A DNA stretch of 63,567 nucleotides, the filler included, from Chiloscyllium plagiosum (Eukaryota): NCBI RefSeq assembly GCF_004010195.1. It is 5 parts of one record of this genome, joined end to end, with 100 filler letters (N's around TTAATTAATTAA, not from the genome) between each part and the next. Parts side by side here need not be neighbours in the genome. Positions count along the whole stretch, not along the records: positions 22,564 to 47,114 come from NC_057710.1; positions 47,215 to 53,332 come from NC_057710.1; 3 more parts are not named here. One strand, given 5' to 3'. A program made the translations under genes and the position numbers. Within the stretch, counting starts at the first letter, position 1, and each line of letters begins with the position of its first letter. Shown here piece after piece: positions 38,123 to 50,769 of this stretch. Under the pieces are notes generated by a model that was not told the origin of the DNA, did no database searches, and saw nothing but the letters and a program-made list of their open reading frames with translations.

Positions 38123-38924
38123 GAGCAGAAAGAAAAAAATCAGGACTTGGTTGGGAAAGAAAATGTTATTGCAATGCTTTGTCAAGATTTCAAAATATCT
38201 AAAAATGACTGCTGCACCATTCATTGTACATTTAATGCGAACATAAAATTACTGTTAATATGACAGAATTAGTGGTAAAATAATTTTGCCGTGTATTGAA
38301 AGTGTCTCTTTCAAGTACATTTTCATTCTCCTTTGTGGGGAGATTTGATGAAACAAGGTTTACAAATATGTATTGGAATGTAGCTCACTGCAAGATTTTG
38401 GAGTTCTGTATTGTACACATAGGTTTGTGTGCTTGGAATTGATGATTAACTTCTGAGAGGAAAACTATAATACCCATAATTCCAAGCAAGAGGAAGTTAC
38501 CCAGCATCCAATGGAATTAGCCAATGTAGGGGATAGAACTTTGCAGATTCATTCGAGTTGTTTGTCAGAGAAGCATATATCAACATCCGAAGTCGTGAGA
38601 ATTCCTTTGATAGGGTAACTTGTGCACAGGAGCGTCCCCAAGGAAACAAATTTAAAATAATGACTTTATTTTGCCTTATAATTAGAAGTCATTATTAGTC
38701 CCACAGAATTTTGGGATATAGTTTGTGGAAGAAGAGAAGTTAAGCTTTTAGGTTTATAAAAGGAGTTGTGCCAGGGATAGTATAACACTGGAAGGAAACT
38801 AAGTTAGGAGTATAACAATAATTAAGAATGAGTTATTTGCAGTTCCAACAGATAGGTTGAAATTTTAAATATTTCAAGTCCATCAAAGTACTGAAACAAA
38901 CAAAAAAAACTATCTCTGTATCCA

Positions 38925-40695
38925 GAGACTCTTGCCCTTTAAGTATTTTGAAGGTTTCGATGAGGTCACCTTGCATTCTTCAAAATCCTGGAGAATACAG
39001 ACCCAGTTTCCCTAGCCTGTCCTCCTCGAACATTTAAGAAGGATTTAGATGTGCATTTGCAATGCTAAGACATACAAAGCTATGGGACAAGTGGTGGAAA
39101 ATGGGACTAGAGTAGTTAGGAGGCTGTTTTTGACTGGTGCAGAAATGATTGGGCAAGGGGCCTTTGTCTCTGCTATAGATCTCTATGACACTGTGTGTGT
39201 CCCACCATCTTGGGAACAGGTCTGGTGAATCTTCATAGCACTCTCTCTGTACCAGTAATAACTGCCCTGTGAAAAGGAAACCAAAACTGTACACAATAAA
39301 TCAGGTGTGGTCTAACCAAGCTCCTATACAACAGATTTTATTGAGCTTGTAATCAAATCCTCTTGGAATAAAGGCTAGCATTCCATTAACCTTTCCAATA
39401 AGTCGTTGCACCTGCATTTTTCCCTTCAGTGACTTATCAACAAGGACACCTAGGTCCCTTTGTACATCTACACTTTACAACCTTTTACCTATTAAAAAAT
39501 ACATTGCACATCTGTTTTTCCTAATAAAGTGAATAACTTAATATTTTTCCATGTTATATTCCATCTGCCATGTTCTTGCCCATTTGCAAGCTGGTCCAAA
39601 TCATTCTGAAGTGGTTTTACATTTTCTCACAACACATTCCACTTAGTTTCAAGAGAAGGAAAATAATACCTAGTGGTATTTTCACAGAGGCCCAGATAAT
39701 GTCCTGGAGACCTGGATTCAAACCCGACCATGGCAAATGGTGGAATTTGAATTCAATCGAAAAAAATGAATTGAAAGTCAAATGATAATCATAAAGCCAT
39801 TGTTGATTATTGGAAAAAAAGCCACCGGGTTCACTACTGCTCTTCAGAGAAGCCATTCCTACATGTGACTCCAGATCCACCAGTGATCTGATTGACACTC
39901 AGCTGCCCTCTGGGCAATTAGGGCTGGCCAATAAAAGTTGGCTTGGTCAGTGATACCCACATCCCATGAATGAATTTTTAAAAAGCTTTGTATCATTTGG
40001 AAGCATTCCATTCAATCCCCAACTCCAATTCCTTGATATATATTATGAACCAAGAACTGACCCTTGCGTTATCCCACCAGTACAAACTACCATTGGGAGA
40101 ATGACCCATTTATTTCCACACTGTTCTCTGTCTGTTAGCCAATCATTAATCCATTCCAGTACATGACCTCCTACCCTAGGTGCTTTCATCTTTCTAATCG
40201 ACGTCCTGTGAGGGACATTATCAAAAGCCAAAGTACACACATCCATAGGCTTTCCTTTATCAATTGTGTTGGTGACATATTCAAACAAGACTCCAACAAG
40301 TTGAAACATTATTTCCTATTTGCAAATCCATGGTGATTTTGCTCAATCAGATCATTGTCATCCAGGTGTATATTTGTCTCAGCCTTTGTAATAGATTCCA
40401 GCATTTTCCCTACAGCTGAGGTAAGGCTGACAAATCTGTAATTCTCTGTTTTCTCTCTTAATTCCTTCTGAAGTAATGGGGTGACATTTACTACCTTCCA
40501 ACCCACTGGAATAATTCCAGAATCTATAGAATTGTGGAAGACAATTAGCAATGCATTGACTATGTCTACAACCACTTTCTTCAACAGTCTGGGATGAAGA
40601 CCATCAGGTCCTGGGGATCTTCAGCCTTATTAATTTCTCCAGTACAATCCTTTTTTAGTGCTAATTTCCTTCAACCCCTCATTCTCTCTGACTGA
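38925..40695 (-). mobile_element. old fragmented CR1 copy with later insertions
   Basis: ENYRFVSLTSAVGKMLESI, NHHGF, AFDNVPH, GITQGSVLG. Confidence 0.8.
39655..39985 (+). mobile_element. second tRNA-derived SINE type (SacSINE1/Deu-SINE-like)
   Basis: B-box-like GGATTCAAACCC, GGTGGAATTTGAATTCAAT, and a 3' tail CCCACATCCCATGAATGAATT shared with the second LINE family. Family name is from recall. Confidence 0.6.
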
Positions 40696-41330
40696 ACACA
40701 AAAGAAACGTAGAGAAGACTGTGGAGAGGAATTTAATTGGATGACTTGCAGCTGAGAAAAGGAAGCCACTTGTTTTGCATTCCAGATGGGTTTTGCAAAA
40801 GTTACCATTCTCAGCAGATGCATGCAACCCTCCCTCTAAACGGTACAGATGCTCTGAGCTTCCACACATGCTGTGTTGGTGGGATTGCTTGCTGACATAA
40901 CAATTTACTGTTTCGGATGACACTGCCTCACACGGAGCTCGGAAGTCCGCAGACTGAAAATAAACTATTGATGAGTGTAGGATCCGACTTTGATTTAGCC
41001 AGATATGATGGCAAATCACTCACCCATTGCCTACTATATCTGTTCATGTCTGCATCTCTTGCACTTGAGGGAGTGGAGATGAGGTTCAGGAGGAATGACC
41101 AGGGTAAGAGAAGGTAATAATTTTAATAGGAACAAGATTGAAGTGGAGGTGTGACTGAATAGGCCAGCTGCTGTCAAAGTGTTGAGGTGAATGGAGGGGC
41201 AAAGGCTGGGTAATCAGGATTTTGAAAGTGTAGCTGTAAGTGAATTTGGAGAGAATTGATTCCAACTCCTGATACAGGAGAAATTAGAAAATGCTTGGAG
41301 ATAAGGGTTTGGCTGAAGAGTGACATAAGT

Positions 41331-41670
41331 GGGGTGGCATGGTGTCTCAGTGGTTAGCACTGCTGCCTCACAATGCTAGAGACCCGGGTTCAATACCAGC
41401 CTCGGCTGACTATCTGTGTGGTGTTTGCACATTCTCCCTGTGTCTGCGTGGGTTTCCTCCAGGTGCTCTGGTTTCCTCCCCCAGTGCAGGTCAGGTGAAT
41501 TGGCTATGCTAAATTGCTCATAGTGTTCAGGGATGTGCAGGTTAGGTGCATTAGTCAGAGTAAATGTAGGATACTAGGGTGGGGGAATGTGTCTGGGTGG
41601 GTTACTCTTCGGAGTGTCGGTGTGGACTTGTTGGGCCGAAGGGCCTGTTTCCATACTGTACGAAATCTAA
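41331..41670 (+). mobile_element. HE1-like SINE, full length
   Basis: A box, B box GGGTTCAATACC, body, tail GGGCCGAAGGGCCTGTTTCC. Confidence 0.9.
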
Positions 41671-41844
41671 AAATAAAGTGATCAGATATAACCTTGTCTG
41701 CGATTGATACTGTGTTAATATGAGATTGCAAGATCTCTGCAATAGAATTGTTGCAGAGTTGAGAGACTCCAATTATCTGGAGAGTTTGAACATGTTGGTG
41801 TTGGCCTCCTAGGAACAGAGAATGTTAAGGGAAGCGAGCAGAGG

Positions 41845-42100
41845 GCATAAGTTTAAGGTGAGGTGCAAGTGGTTTAAAGGAGATCTGAGGAAAGGAAATT
41901 TTCACCCAGAGTGTGGTAGAAATATGGGACATGCTGCCCCAGATGGCGGAGGAGGCAGGTATTCTCACAACATTTAAGAAGCATTTGGATGAATACTTAA
42001 AATGCCAGGGCAGGTTAATGGGATTTACTGTAGTTTGGTGTTTGATGGTTGTTATGGATATGGTGGGCTGAAGGGCCTGTTTCTAGGCTGCATGACTCTA
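41845..42100 (+). mobile_element. CR1 3' end
   Basis: GGGCATAAGTTTAAGGTGAG...TTCACCCAGAGTGTGG...CATGACTCTA. Confidence 0.8.
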
Positions 42101-42340
42101 AAATTTCATTGAAGTTTCCAAAATTATCAATAGGAGTGAACAAAAAGATACTGTTTCTCAGCAGTAGCCAAAGGCTCAGTAAACAGAGGATCCAATTATA
42201 AGTAATTGATAAAAGAATCAGAGTTATCATGAGGGAATATGTTGTAACACAGTGAAATGTTATGATTACGAATGCACTGCCCTAAAAGGTAATGGATGTA
42301 GATTCAACAATAACAATCAAAGAAGAGTTAAACAAATATG

Positions 42341-42656
42341 TGGGCGGCACGGTGGCACAGTGGTTAGCACTGTTGCTTCACAGCGCCAGAGACCCGGGTT
42401 CAATTCCCGACTCAGGCGACTGACTGTGTGGAGTTTGCACGTTCTCCCCGTGTCTGCGTGGGTTTCCTCCGGGTGCTCCGGTTTCCTCCCACAGTCCAAA
42501 GATGTGCAGGGTCAGGTGAATTGGCCATGCTAAATTGCCCGTAGTGTTAGGTAAGGGGTAAATGTAGGGGTATGGGTGGGTTGCGCTTCCGCGGGTCAGT
42601 ATGGACTTGTTGGGCCGAAGGGCCTGTTTCCACATTGTAATGTAATCTAATCTAAT
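42341..42656 (+). mobile_element. young HE1-like SINE, full length
   Basis: GGTGGCACAGTGGTTAGC A box, GGGTTCAATTCCC B box, CpGs retained, (AATCT)n tail. Confidence 0.93.
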
Positions 42657-43391
42657 CGAAATATATGAAGCAGAGAAAAAATAATACAACTAGAGGGTTA
42701 GAGCAGGGAACTGGAATTAATTGGATACTTTTTCAGAGACGATGGGCCAAACGAATTGTTTCAGTAATATATTGTTTTGTACTTGTCATTTGAGTCTCAG
42801 TCAAGAAAGGTTTCAACACTAATTCATTCTTCAAGCCTAACTGTGAGCATTCTGGTGCTCAGGAACAATGCAGGGAACAGATATAATTACATGCGTATCT
42901 TAGGCAGGCACTGAAGCCAGAGGTTGTAGCTTTTGTTCTGACAATGAGGAGTGGAGAAAAGGAACATTATTCTGGCAGACGGCTAACAGATCTCTACAAC
43001 GCACAACCGTTTTAACTGGCCCCCGTAGTGCTTCAGTGAATAAGTAAAATAAGTTTAAAAAAAGGTTAAATTCAACAAACAGAAGCAGCACAAATCCTGA
43101 CAGTGAGAATAAGATGACATTTATAAATCAAATTCTCTTGCAAGTGTCGAGATTAGTGAACGAGATCAAACACAGTATTATCATGGACCTATGCCAGATT
43201 CAAATACAATCAATGCCCAAGTATGAACTATATGGTAAGACCATTCCAGACAGAATGGAACAGCACAGCATTTGTTGCATTGCTGGAGTCCACAATAGCT
43301 TACCACTAATGTTATGCTCCATCAGCCTCTGCCGCAAAAATAACTTCAAAAAGCTCCCAGTGATACCTATAGGCACTGTTTACATGTTAGC

Positions 43392-46361
43392 GAAAGTGGG
43401 TCTTGCAGATGCTGGAGATCAGAGTCAAGATTAGAGTGGGGCTGGAAAAGCACAGCAGGTTAGGCAGCATCCGAGGAGCAGGAAAATCAACATTTCGGGC
43501 AAAAGCCCTTCATTGGGAATGAGGCTGGGAGCCTCGGGGGTGCAGAAATAAATGGGAGGGAGGTGGGGCTGGGGAGAAGGTAGCTGAGAGTGCGATAGGT
43601 GGATAGAGGTGGGGTAAAGGTGATAAGTCAGAGAGGAGAGTGGAGTGAATAGGTGGGAAGGAAGATTGATGTGGGTGTCCCAGAGATGTTCCCTGAAGCG
43701 CTCTGCTAGGAGGCGTCCAGTGTCCCCAATGTAAAGGAGACCGCGTCGGGAGCAACGGATACAATAAATGATATTAGTGGATGTGCAGTGGTTGGGTTGA
43801 TTGGTGCGGGTGTCCTGGAGATGTTCTCTGAAGTGCTCTGTGGAATGACATGTGCAAGCGCAGGTGAAACTTTGATGGATGTGGAAGGCTCCTTTGGGGC
43901 CTTGGATGGAGGTGAGGGAGGAGGTGTGGGTGCAGGTTTGCAATTCCTGTGGAGGCAGGGGAAGGTGCCAGGATGGGAGGGTGGGTCATAGGGGGGGCGT
44001 GGACCTGACCAGGTAGTCACGGAGGGAACGGTCTTTGCGGAAGGCGGAAAGGGGTGGGGAGGGGAATATATCCCTGGTGGTGGGGTCCGTTTGTAGATGG
44101 CAGAAATGGTGGAGGATGGTGCGATGTATGCAGATGTTAGTGGGGTGGAAGGTGAGGACAGGGGGCTTCTTCCTTGTTATTGTTGGAGGGGTGGGTTTCG
44201 AGGACGGAGGTGCAGGAAGATGAGATGCGTTGGAGGGCATCTTCAATCATGTGGGAGGGGAAATTGAGGTCTTTAAAGAAGGAGGCCATCTGGTGTGTTC
44301 TATGGTGGAACTGGTCCTCCTGGGAGCAGATGCGGCGGAAGCGGAGGAATTGGGAATTAAGGATAACATTTTTGCAGGAGGCAGGGTGGAAGGAGGTGTA
44401 ATTTAGGTAGCTGTGAGAGTCGATGGGTTTGTAGAAAATGTCAGTATTGAGTCGGTCACCATTGACGGAGATGGAGAGGTCCAGGAAGAGGATGGAGGTG
44501 TCAGAAATGGTCCAGGTGAATTTAAGGTCGGGGTGGAATGTGTTGATGAAGTTGATGAATTGCTCTACCTCCTCACGGGAGCACGGGGTGGCGCCGATGC
44601 AGTCATCAATGTAACGGAGGAAGAGGTGGGGAGTGGTGCCGGTGTAACTACGCAAGATGGACTGTTCTACGTAGCCGACAAAGAGACAGGCATAGCTGGA
44701 GCCCATGTAGGTGCCCATGGCAACCCCTTCCATCTGGAGGAAGTGGGAGGATTTGAAGGAAAAATTGCTAAGGGTGAGGACCAGTTCAGCCAAATGAATG
44801 AGAGTGTCAGTGGAAGGGTATTGTTGGGGATGTCAAGAGAGGAAGAAATGGAGAACTTGGAGGCCCTGGTCATTGCGGATGGATGTGTAAAGGGACTGGA
44901 TATCCATGGTGAAAATGAGGCATTGGGGGCCAGGGAAACGGAAGTCTTGGAGGAGGTGGAGGGCGTGGGTGGTGTCACGAATGTATGTGGGGAGTTCCTG
45001 GATTAGGAGGGATAGGACGGTATTGAGGTAGGTGGAGATGAATTCAGTGGGACAGGAGCAGGCTGAGACAATGGGTCAGCCGGGGTAGTTAGGCTTGTGG
45101 ATCTTGGGTAGGAGATAAAACCGGGTGGTCTGGTGTTCCTGAACAATGAGATTGGAAGCTGTGGGTGAGAGATCCCCTGAGGTAAAGAGGTTGTGTATGA
45201 TCTGGGAGATGATGGTGTGGTGATGGGAGGTTGTGGTCAAGGGGGTGGTAGGAAGAGGTGCGTTCGAGTTGGCGTCTGGATTCAGCGGTGTAGAGGTCAG
45301 TGCACCAAACTACCACTGCACTCCCTTTATCCACTGGTTTGGTGGATAAAGGGTGGTTGGAGCAGAGGGAGTGGAGGGCTGTGCATTGTGAGGGTGAGAG
45401 GTTGAAGTGGGAGAGGGCAGTGAATAGGTTGAGGAGGTTAATGTCTCGGCAGCAGTTGGAAATAAAGAGGTTCGAGGCCGGGTAACAGACCGGCACGGGG
45501 TGTCCAGGTGGATGGAGTGTGTTGGAAGTGGGAGAAGGGGTGCTTGGAATGTGGGCGGGAGTCCTCATTGAAAAAGTAAGCTTGGAGGTGGAGGCGCTGG
45601 AAGAAGTGTTCGATGCGTATTGATGCATGGACGGAGGGCGATGAATGTAAGGTCTTTCCTGAGGACTGATCATTCGTCCTCAGTGAGGGGGAGATGTAGG
45701 GGATGGTGAAAACTTGGTATGGCTGGGAGCTAGGACCTGGTGTAGGGCTGGAGCTGGGAGTGCGGGCGGAGCCTGTAACTGGAGTGGGCGTGGGAGTGGG
45801 GGGACCCGGGGTGACGTCATTTGAGGAAGTGATGCTCTCCCTGGGGTTCTGGGGGGCAAGGAGGTGACAGTGGGATCAGTGGCGGGCGTATCAGCGGTGG
45901 GCAGGTGAGTGGCATCAGTGGGGGTGGAAATGGTTGTGATGATGACAGTGGTGGGGGCGGAGATGGCGGAATGTGTGACATCAGTGATGATGCAGGGGGC
46001 AGAAGTGATGAAACACACAGTGTAGGTGATGTCATTGGGGTGGAGTGGCTGCGGCAGCGGCAACAAAGGGGCGGAAGTCGCAGAATGCGTGGCATGGGTG
46101 ATGTCGGAGGGGGCGGAAGAGGCTGTGGCAGCGGCAAACGAGGGGGCAGAAGGATGGTTCAGGTTGGGCCTTGTGTTGACCTCGGCGGTGGCAGGTCTCA
46201 TAGTGATCGGGGCGGTGATCGTCTGGCCAGCGGACGCGGACATGGCATGAGCAGCTGTGGTTGCAGGCTGCCGGACGGCGGGGATGGAGATGACATCATC
46301 AATCGCCGCGGTGATGATGGCCGGCATGGCCTCGTGGCTGATGGTGGCTGAACAGCAGCTG
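43392..46361 (-). mobile_element. long Penelope-like element, family A (N-terminal low-complexity region, RT, GIY-YIG, terminal repeat), disrupted
   Basis: KPVDKGSAVVVW, GVAMGTYMGSSYACLFVGYVEQ, RYIDD, NIIYCIRCSRRGLLYIGDTGR. Terminal repeat 43392-43665 has a mutated hammerhead core. Confidence 0.93.
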
Positions 46362-47114
46362 CCTCCTGAAAAAATGCCACCCCGTATTCCCAATTCCTCC
46401 ACCTCCGCCGTATCGGCTCCCAGGAGGACCAGTTCCATCACAGAACACACCAGATGGCCTCCTTCTTCAAAAACCACAATTTCCCCTCCCACCTGGTTGA
46501 TGATGCCCTTCAGCACATCTTATCTACCTCCCGCACCTCTGCCCTTAAACCCCTCCAACTGCAACAAGGACAGAACCCCTTTGGTCCTCACCTTCCACCC
46601 TACCAACCTCTGTATACTTTGCACCATCCTCCACCATTTCCGCCACCTACAATCTGACCCTCCAACCTCCCCTGCCACAGCAGGAACTACAAAACCTGCG
46701 TCCACACCTCCTCCCTCAAAGTAGCCTTCCACGTCCATCATAGTTTCACCTGCACATCACTTATTGTATCCATTGTTCCCGATGCATTCACCTCTACATT
46801 GGGGAGACTGGACACCTACTTGCAGAGCACTTCAGAGAACATCTCTGGGACACCCGCACCAATCTACCCCACCACCCCCTGGCCGAACACTTCAACTCCC
46901 CCTCCCACTCTTCCAAGGACATGGAGGTCCTGGGCCTCCTCCACTGCCACTCCCTCACCACCCAACGCCTGGAAGAAGAATGCCTCATCTTCCACCTCAG
47001 AACCCTTCAACCCCAAGGCATCAATGTGGACTTCACCAGTTTCCTCATTTCCCCTCCCCCCACCTTACCCCAGTTCCAACCTTCCAGCTCAGCACCATCC
47101 TCATGATCTGTCCC
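46362..47114 (+). mobile_element. inverted Penelope segment (RT thumb + GIY-YIG) abutting the 5' end of the long element
   Basis: MASFFKNHNFPSHLVDDALQ, EVLGLLHCHSLTTQRLEEECLIFHL. Runs into the spacer. Confidence 0.9.
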
Positions 47115-47214
47115 NNNNNNNNNNNNNNNNNNNNNNNNNNNNNNNNNNNNNNNNNNNNTTAATTAATTAANNNNNNNNNNNNNNNNNNNNNNNNNNNNNN
47201 NNNNNNNNNNNNNN
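47115..47214. other. artificial 100-bp contig spacer
   Basis: 44 N + TTAATTAATTAA + 44 N. Confidence 0.97.
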
Positions 47215-47299
47215 AAGCGGCGGGATTAGACGTGGTGACGGAAATAGGCGTGGGGGCGGGGTTAGGCATGCAGTCGGAGATCGGCGAAGGGGCGGGGTG

Positions 47300-47410
47300 T
47301 TCGGTGCATTAGTCAGGGGTAAATGTAGGGGGTGGGTCACTCTCCGGAGGGTCAGTGTTGACTTGTTGGGCCGAAGGGCCTGTTTCCATAGTGTAGGGAA
47401 TCTAATCTAG
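47300..47410 (+). mobile_element. HE1-like SINE 3' fragment
   Basis: GGTGCATTAGTCAGGGGTAAATGTAGG...GGGCCTGTTTCC...AATCTAATCT. Confidence 0.8.
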
Positions 47411-47479
47411 ATGGGGCAGTGACAGGATGTAATGAATCTATTGGGAAGAATTTTCATGTCAAGAAACAAAGTGTGGTTA

Positions 47480-50370
47480 AAGTGTGTCTGCTTTAATGCA
47501 AGGAGTGTCACAAATAAGAGTGATGAACTTAGAGCATAGGGGCTATGATGTTGTGGCTATAACAGAGACGTGGGTTTCACAGGGGCAGGAATGGTTGCTA
47601 AATGTTCCAGGGTTTAGAATGTTTAAAAAGAACAGGAAGGGTGGAAAAAGAGAAGGGGGGTGTAGCATTGCTAATCAGAGAGTGTATCACAGCTACAGAA
47701 ACAAAGGTTGTTGAGGGAGGTTTGTCTACTGAGTCAGTATGGGTGGAAGTTAGGAATAGCAAGGGAGCAGCCACCTCATTGGGGGTTTTCTACAGACCCC
47801 CTAATAGCAGATCTCCTATGAGAGATTGAAGAATTCATAGACCGGCAGATTTTGGAAGACTGCAGATGTAGCAGGGTTGTTGTTACGGGTGACTTCAACT
47901 TTCCCAATATCGATTGGAACCGCCTTAGTGCAGATGGTTTGGATGGAGCTGTTTTGTCAGGTGTATTCAGGAGGGTTTCCTTACTCATATGTCAGCAGAC
48001 CAACGAGGGGAGAGGCCATTTTGAATTTGGTGCTCGGCAATGAGCCAGGACAGGTGTCAGATCTCACAGTGGGAGAACACTTTGGTGACAGTGACCACAA
48101 CTGCCTCACATTTACCATAGCCTTAGAGAGGGAAAGGAGCAGTTACCGAGGGAAGATATTTAATTGGGGAAAAGGAAATTATGACGCTATCAGACAGGAG
48201 TTGGGAAGTACAGACTGGAAGCAATTGTTTCACAGAAAGGACACAGCAGACATGTGGAGACTATTTAAGGAGCAGTTGTTGCAAGTGATGCACAAATTTG
48301 TTCCTCTGAGACAGGTAAGAAGGGGTAAGATTAAGGAACCTTGGATGATGAGAACAGAGGAGCTTCTCATCAAAAGGAAGAAAGCAGCTTACGTCAGGTG
48401 GAGGAAGCAAATATCTAGCACAGCTTTAGAGGACTACAGGCTTGCTAGAAAAGAGCTCAGAAATGGACTGAGGAGAGCCAGGAGGGGACACGTGAAAGGC
48501 TTGGCAGGAAGGATTAGGGAGATCCCAAAGGCATTTTACTCATACGTGAGGAATAAGAGAATGATCAGGGAGAAGGTAGGGCCGATCAGGGATAGCGTGG
48601 AATCTGAGCAGATAGGGGAAGCCCTAAATGAGTTTTATGCTTCAGTTTTCACTCAGGAAAGGGAGCTTGTTGTGAATGAGAACTTTGAGGAACTGGGAAA
48701 TAGGCTTGAACAGATGAAGATTGATGAAGCTGGTGTGCTGGAAATTTGGAAAACATTAAGATTGACAGGTCTCCAGGGCCAGACCAGATTTATCCTAGGC
48801 TGCTAAGCCGCTTGCGAAGATCTTTGCTTCCTCACTCTCCACGGGAGTCGCACTGGAGGATTGGAGAGAGGCGAATGTTGTTCCTCTTTTTCAAGAAGGG
48901 TTATAAGGAAATTCCTGGCAATTACAGACCTGTCAGTCTTACATCTGTGGTCAGCAAAGTTTTGGAAAGATTTCTGAGGGATAGGATTTATGACTATTTG
49001 GAAAAGCATAGTGTGATTAAAGGCAGTCAGCATGGCTTTGTGAGGGGCAGGCCATGCCTCACAAATCTTATTGAGTTCTTTGAAGAGGTGACAAGACAGA
49101 TCAATGAATGTCGAGCAGTGGATGAGGTGTACATGGACTTCAGCAAGGCATTTGACAAGGTTCCACATGGTAGGCTCATTCATAAAGTCAGGAGGTATGG
49201 GATACAGGAAGATTTGGCTATCTGGATTCAGAATTGGCTGGCTGACAGAAGGTTGTAGATGGAAAAGCGCAGCAGGTCAGGCAGCATCCAGGGAACAGGA
49301 GAATCGACGTTTCGGGCATAAGCCCTTCTTCAGGAATAAGTATTCTGCCTGGAGGTCAGTGTTGAGTGGTACCCCACAGGGCTCTGTTCTTGGGCCTCTG
49401 CTCTTTGTAGTTTTTATAAATGACTTAAATGAGGAGTGGGTTAGTAAATTTGCAGATGACACAAAGGTTGGAGGTGCCATTGATAGTATTGAGGGCTATT
49501 GCAGGCTGCAGAGTGACATAGCCAGGTTGCAGAGCTGGGCTGAGAAATGGAAGATGGAGTTCAACCTGGATAAATGCGAAGTGATGCATTTTGGAAGGTC
49601 AAACTTGAATGCTGAATATAGGATTAAAGACAGGATTCTTGGCACTGTGGAGGAATAGAAGGATATTGGTGTTCAAGTGCATTGATCCCTCAAAGTTGCC
49701 ACCCAAGTGGATAGGATTGTTAAGAAAGCATATGGATTTTTGGCTTTCATTAACATGGGGATTGAGTTTAAGAGCTGTGAGGTTTTGCTGCAGCTCTACA
49801 AGTCGCTGGTGAGACCACACTTGGAATTTTGTGTCCAGTTCTGGTCGTGCTATCATAGGAAAGATACAGAGGCTTTGGAGAGGGTGCAAAGAAGGTTTAC
49901 CAGGATGCTGCCTGGACTGGAGGGCTTGCCTTACAAAGAGAGGTTGACTGAGCTCGGAATTTCCTCTCTGGAGAAAAGGAGGAAGAGAGGTGACTTAATT
50001 GAGGTATACAAGGTAATGCGAGGCATGGATAGAGTCAATAGCCAGAGATTTTTCCCCAGGGCAGGACTGACTGGCATGAGTGGTCATAGTTTGAAGGTGT
50101 TAGGAGGAAGGTATAGAGGAGACATCAGAGGTAGGTCCTTTACACAGAGAGTTGTGAATGCATGGAATGCGTTGCCGGCGGTGGTGGTGAAAGTAGAGTC
50201 ATTGGGGACTTTTAAGTGACTGCTGGACATGCACATGGAGAGCAGTGAATTGAGGGGTGCATAGGTTAGATTATTTTAATTTAGATTAGGAATATTCCCC
50301 AGTACAACATCGTGAACCGAAGGGCCTGTTCTGTGCTGTACTTTTGTATGTTCCGCATTCTATGTTCTAA
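47480..50370 (+). mobile_element. near-complete CR1 ORF2 (APE endonuclease + RT) with 3' UTR, frameshifted
   Basis: [73 protein letters not shown]. Confidence 0.95.
49262..49337 (-). mobile_element. about 75-bp hammerhead-bearing Penelope terminus inserted in the CR1 RT
   Basis: Interrupts VVDG|KYSAW. Reverse complement ATTC-CTGAAGA-AGGGCTTATGCCC-GAAA-CGTC-GATT at 49302-49337. Confidence 0.85.
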
Positions 50371-50769
50371 GTTTAAATTACCTGAGGGGTGTGACTGTCC
50401 CCTGGAGCAAAGTGCCAATGGAGCTTTCCCCTTCCCTGATATGGTGCAATGTTTGCAAAATGGACGCAAATTCCTCAACTCAGATCCAAAGTTCGTTGAA
50501 TTGCAAACACGTATTATACTGTCACTAGCTCTGATCAAAATCTATCCCTTTTAGTGCAATGGTGGTATTTTCCACATGAAGGTGGGACTTTGTCATCAAA
50601 GGACTGTGCAATAGTCAATCCTCCTGGTACTGTCATAGAAGATTACATTTGCTTCATATAATTTGGTGGGTGCAAAGTCAAGTACATTTCACCATTCAAA
50701 CTGCTGTCCTCAGACATTAGTTTGGGTTTCTGGAGTTCTACGACAGTGATAATACTACTCTCTTCCCAA

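Larger units (their letters stand above)
30330..38905 (+). mobile_element. ancient Gypsy-type LTR retrotransposon with nested insertions
   Basis: Diverged direct repeats at about 30330-30624 plus 31266-31370 and about 38530-38905 share TGAGAATTCCTTTGATAGRGTAACTTGTG, TTATTAGTCCCA, TGGAAGGAAACT and TCCATCAAAGTAYTGAA. Gag-like LRAYELVSEAYQLKFRSARK..QTFVEFAREQ at about 35020-35120. Confidence 0.65.

Noticed and set aside
42341..42420. tRNA gene
   Set aside because: The A/B boxes are the tRNA-derived head of an HE1-like SINE, followed by the SINE body and LINE-like tail.
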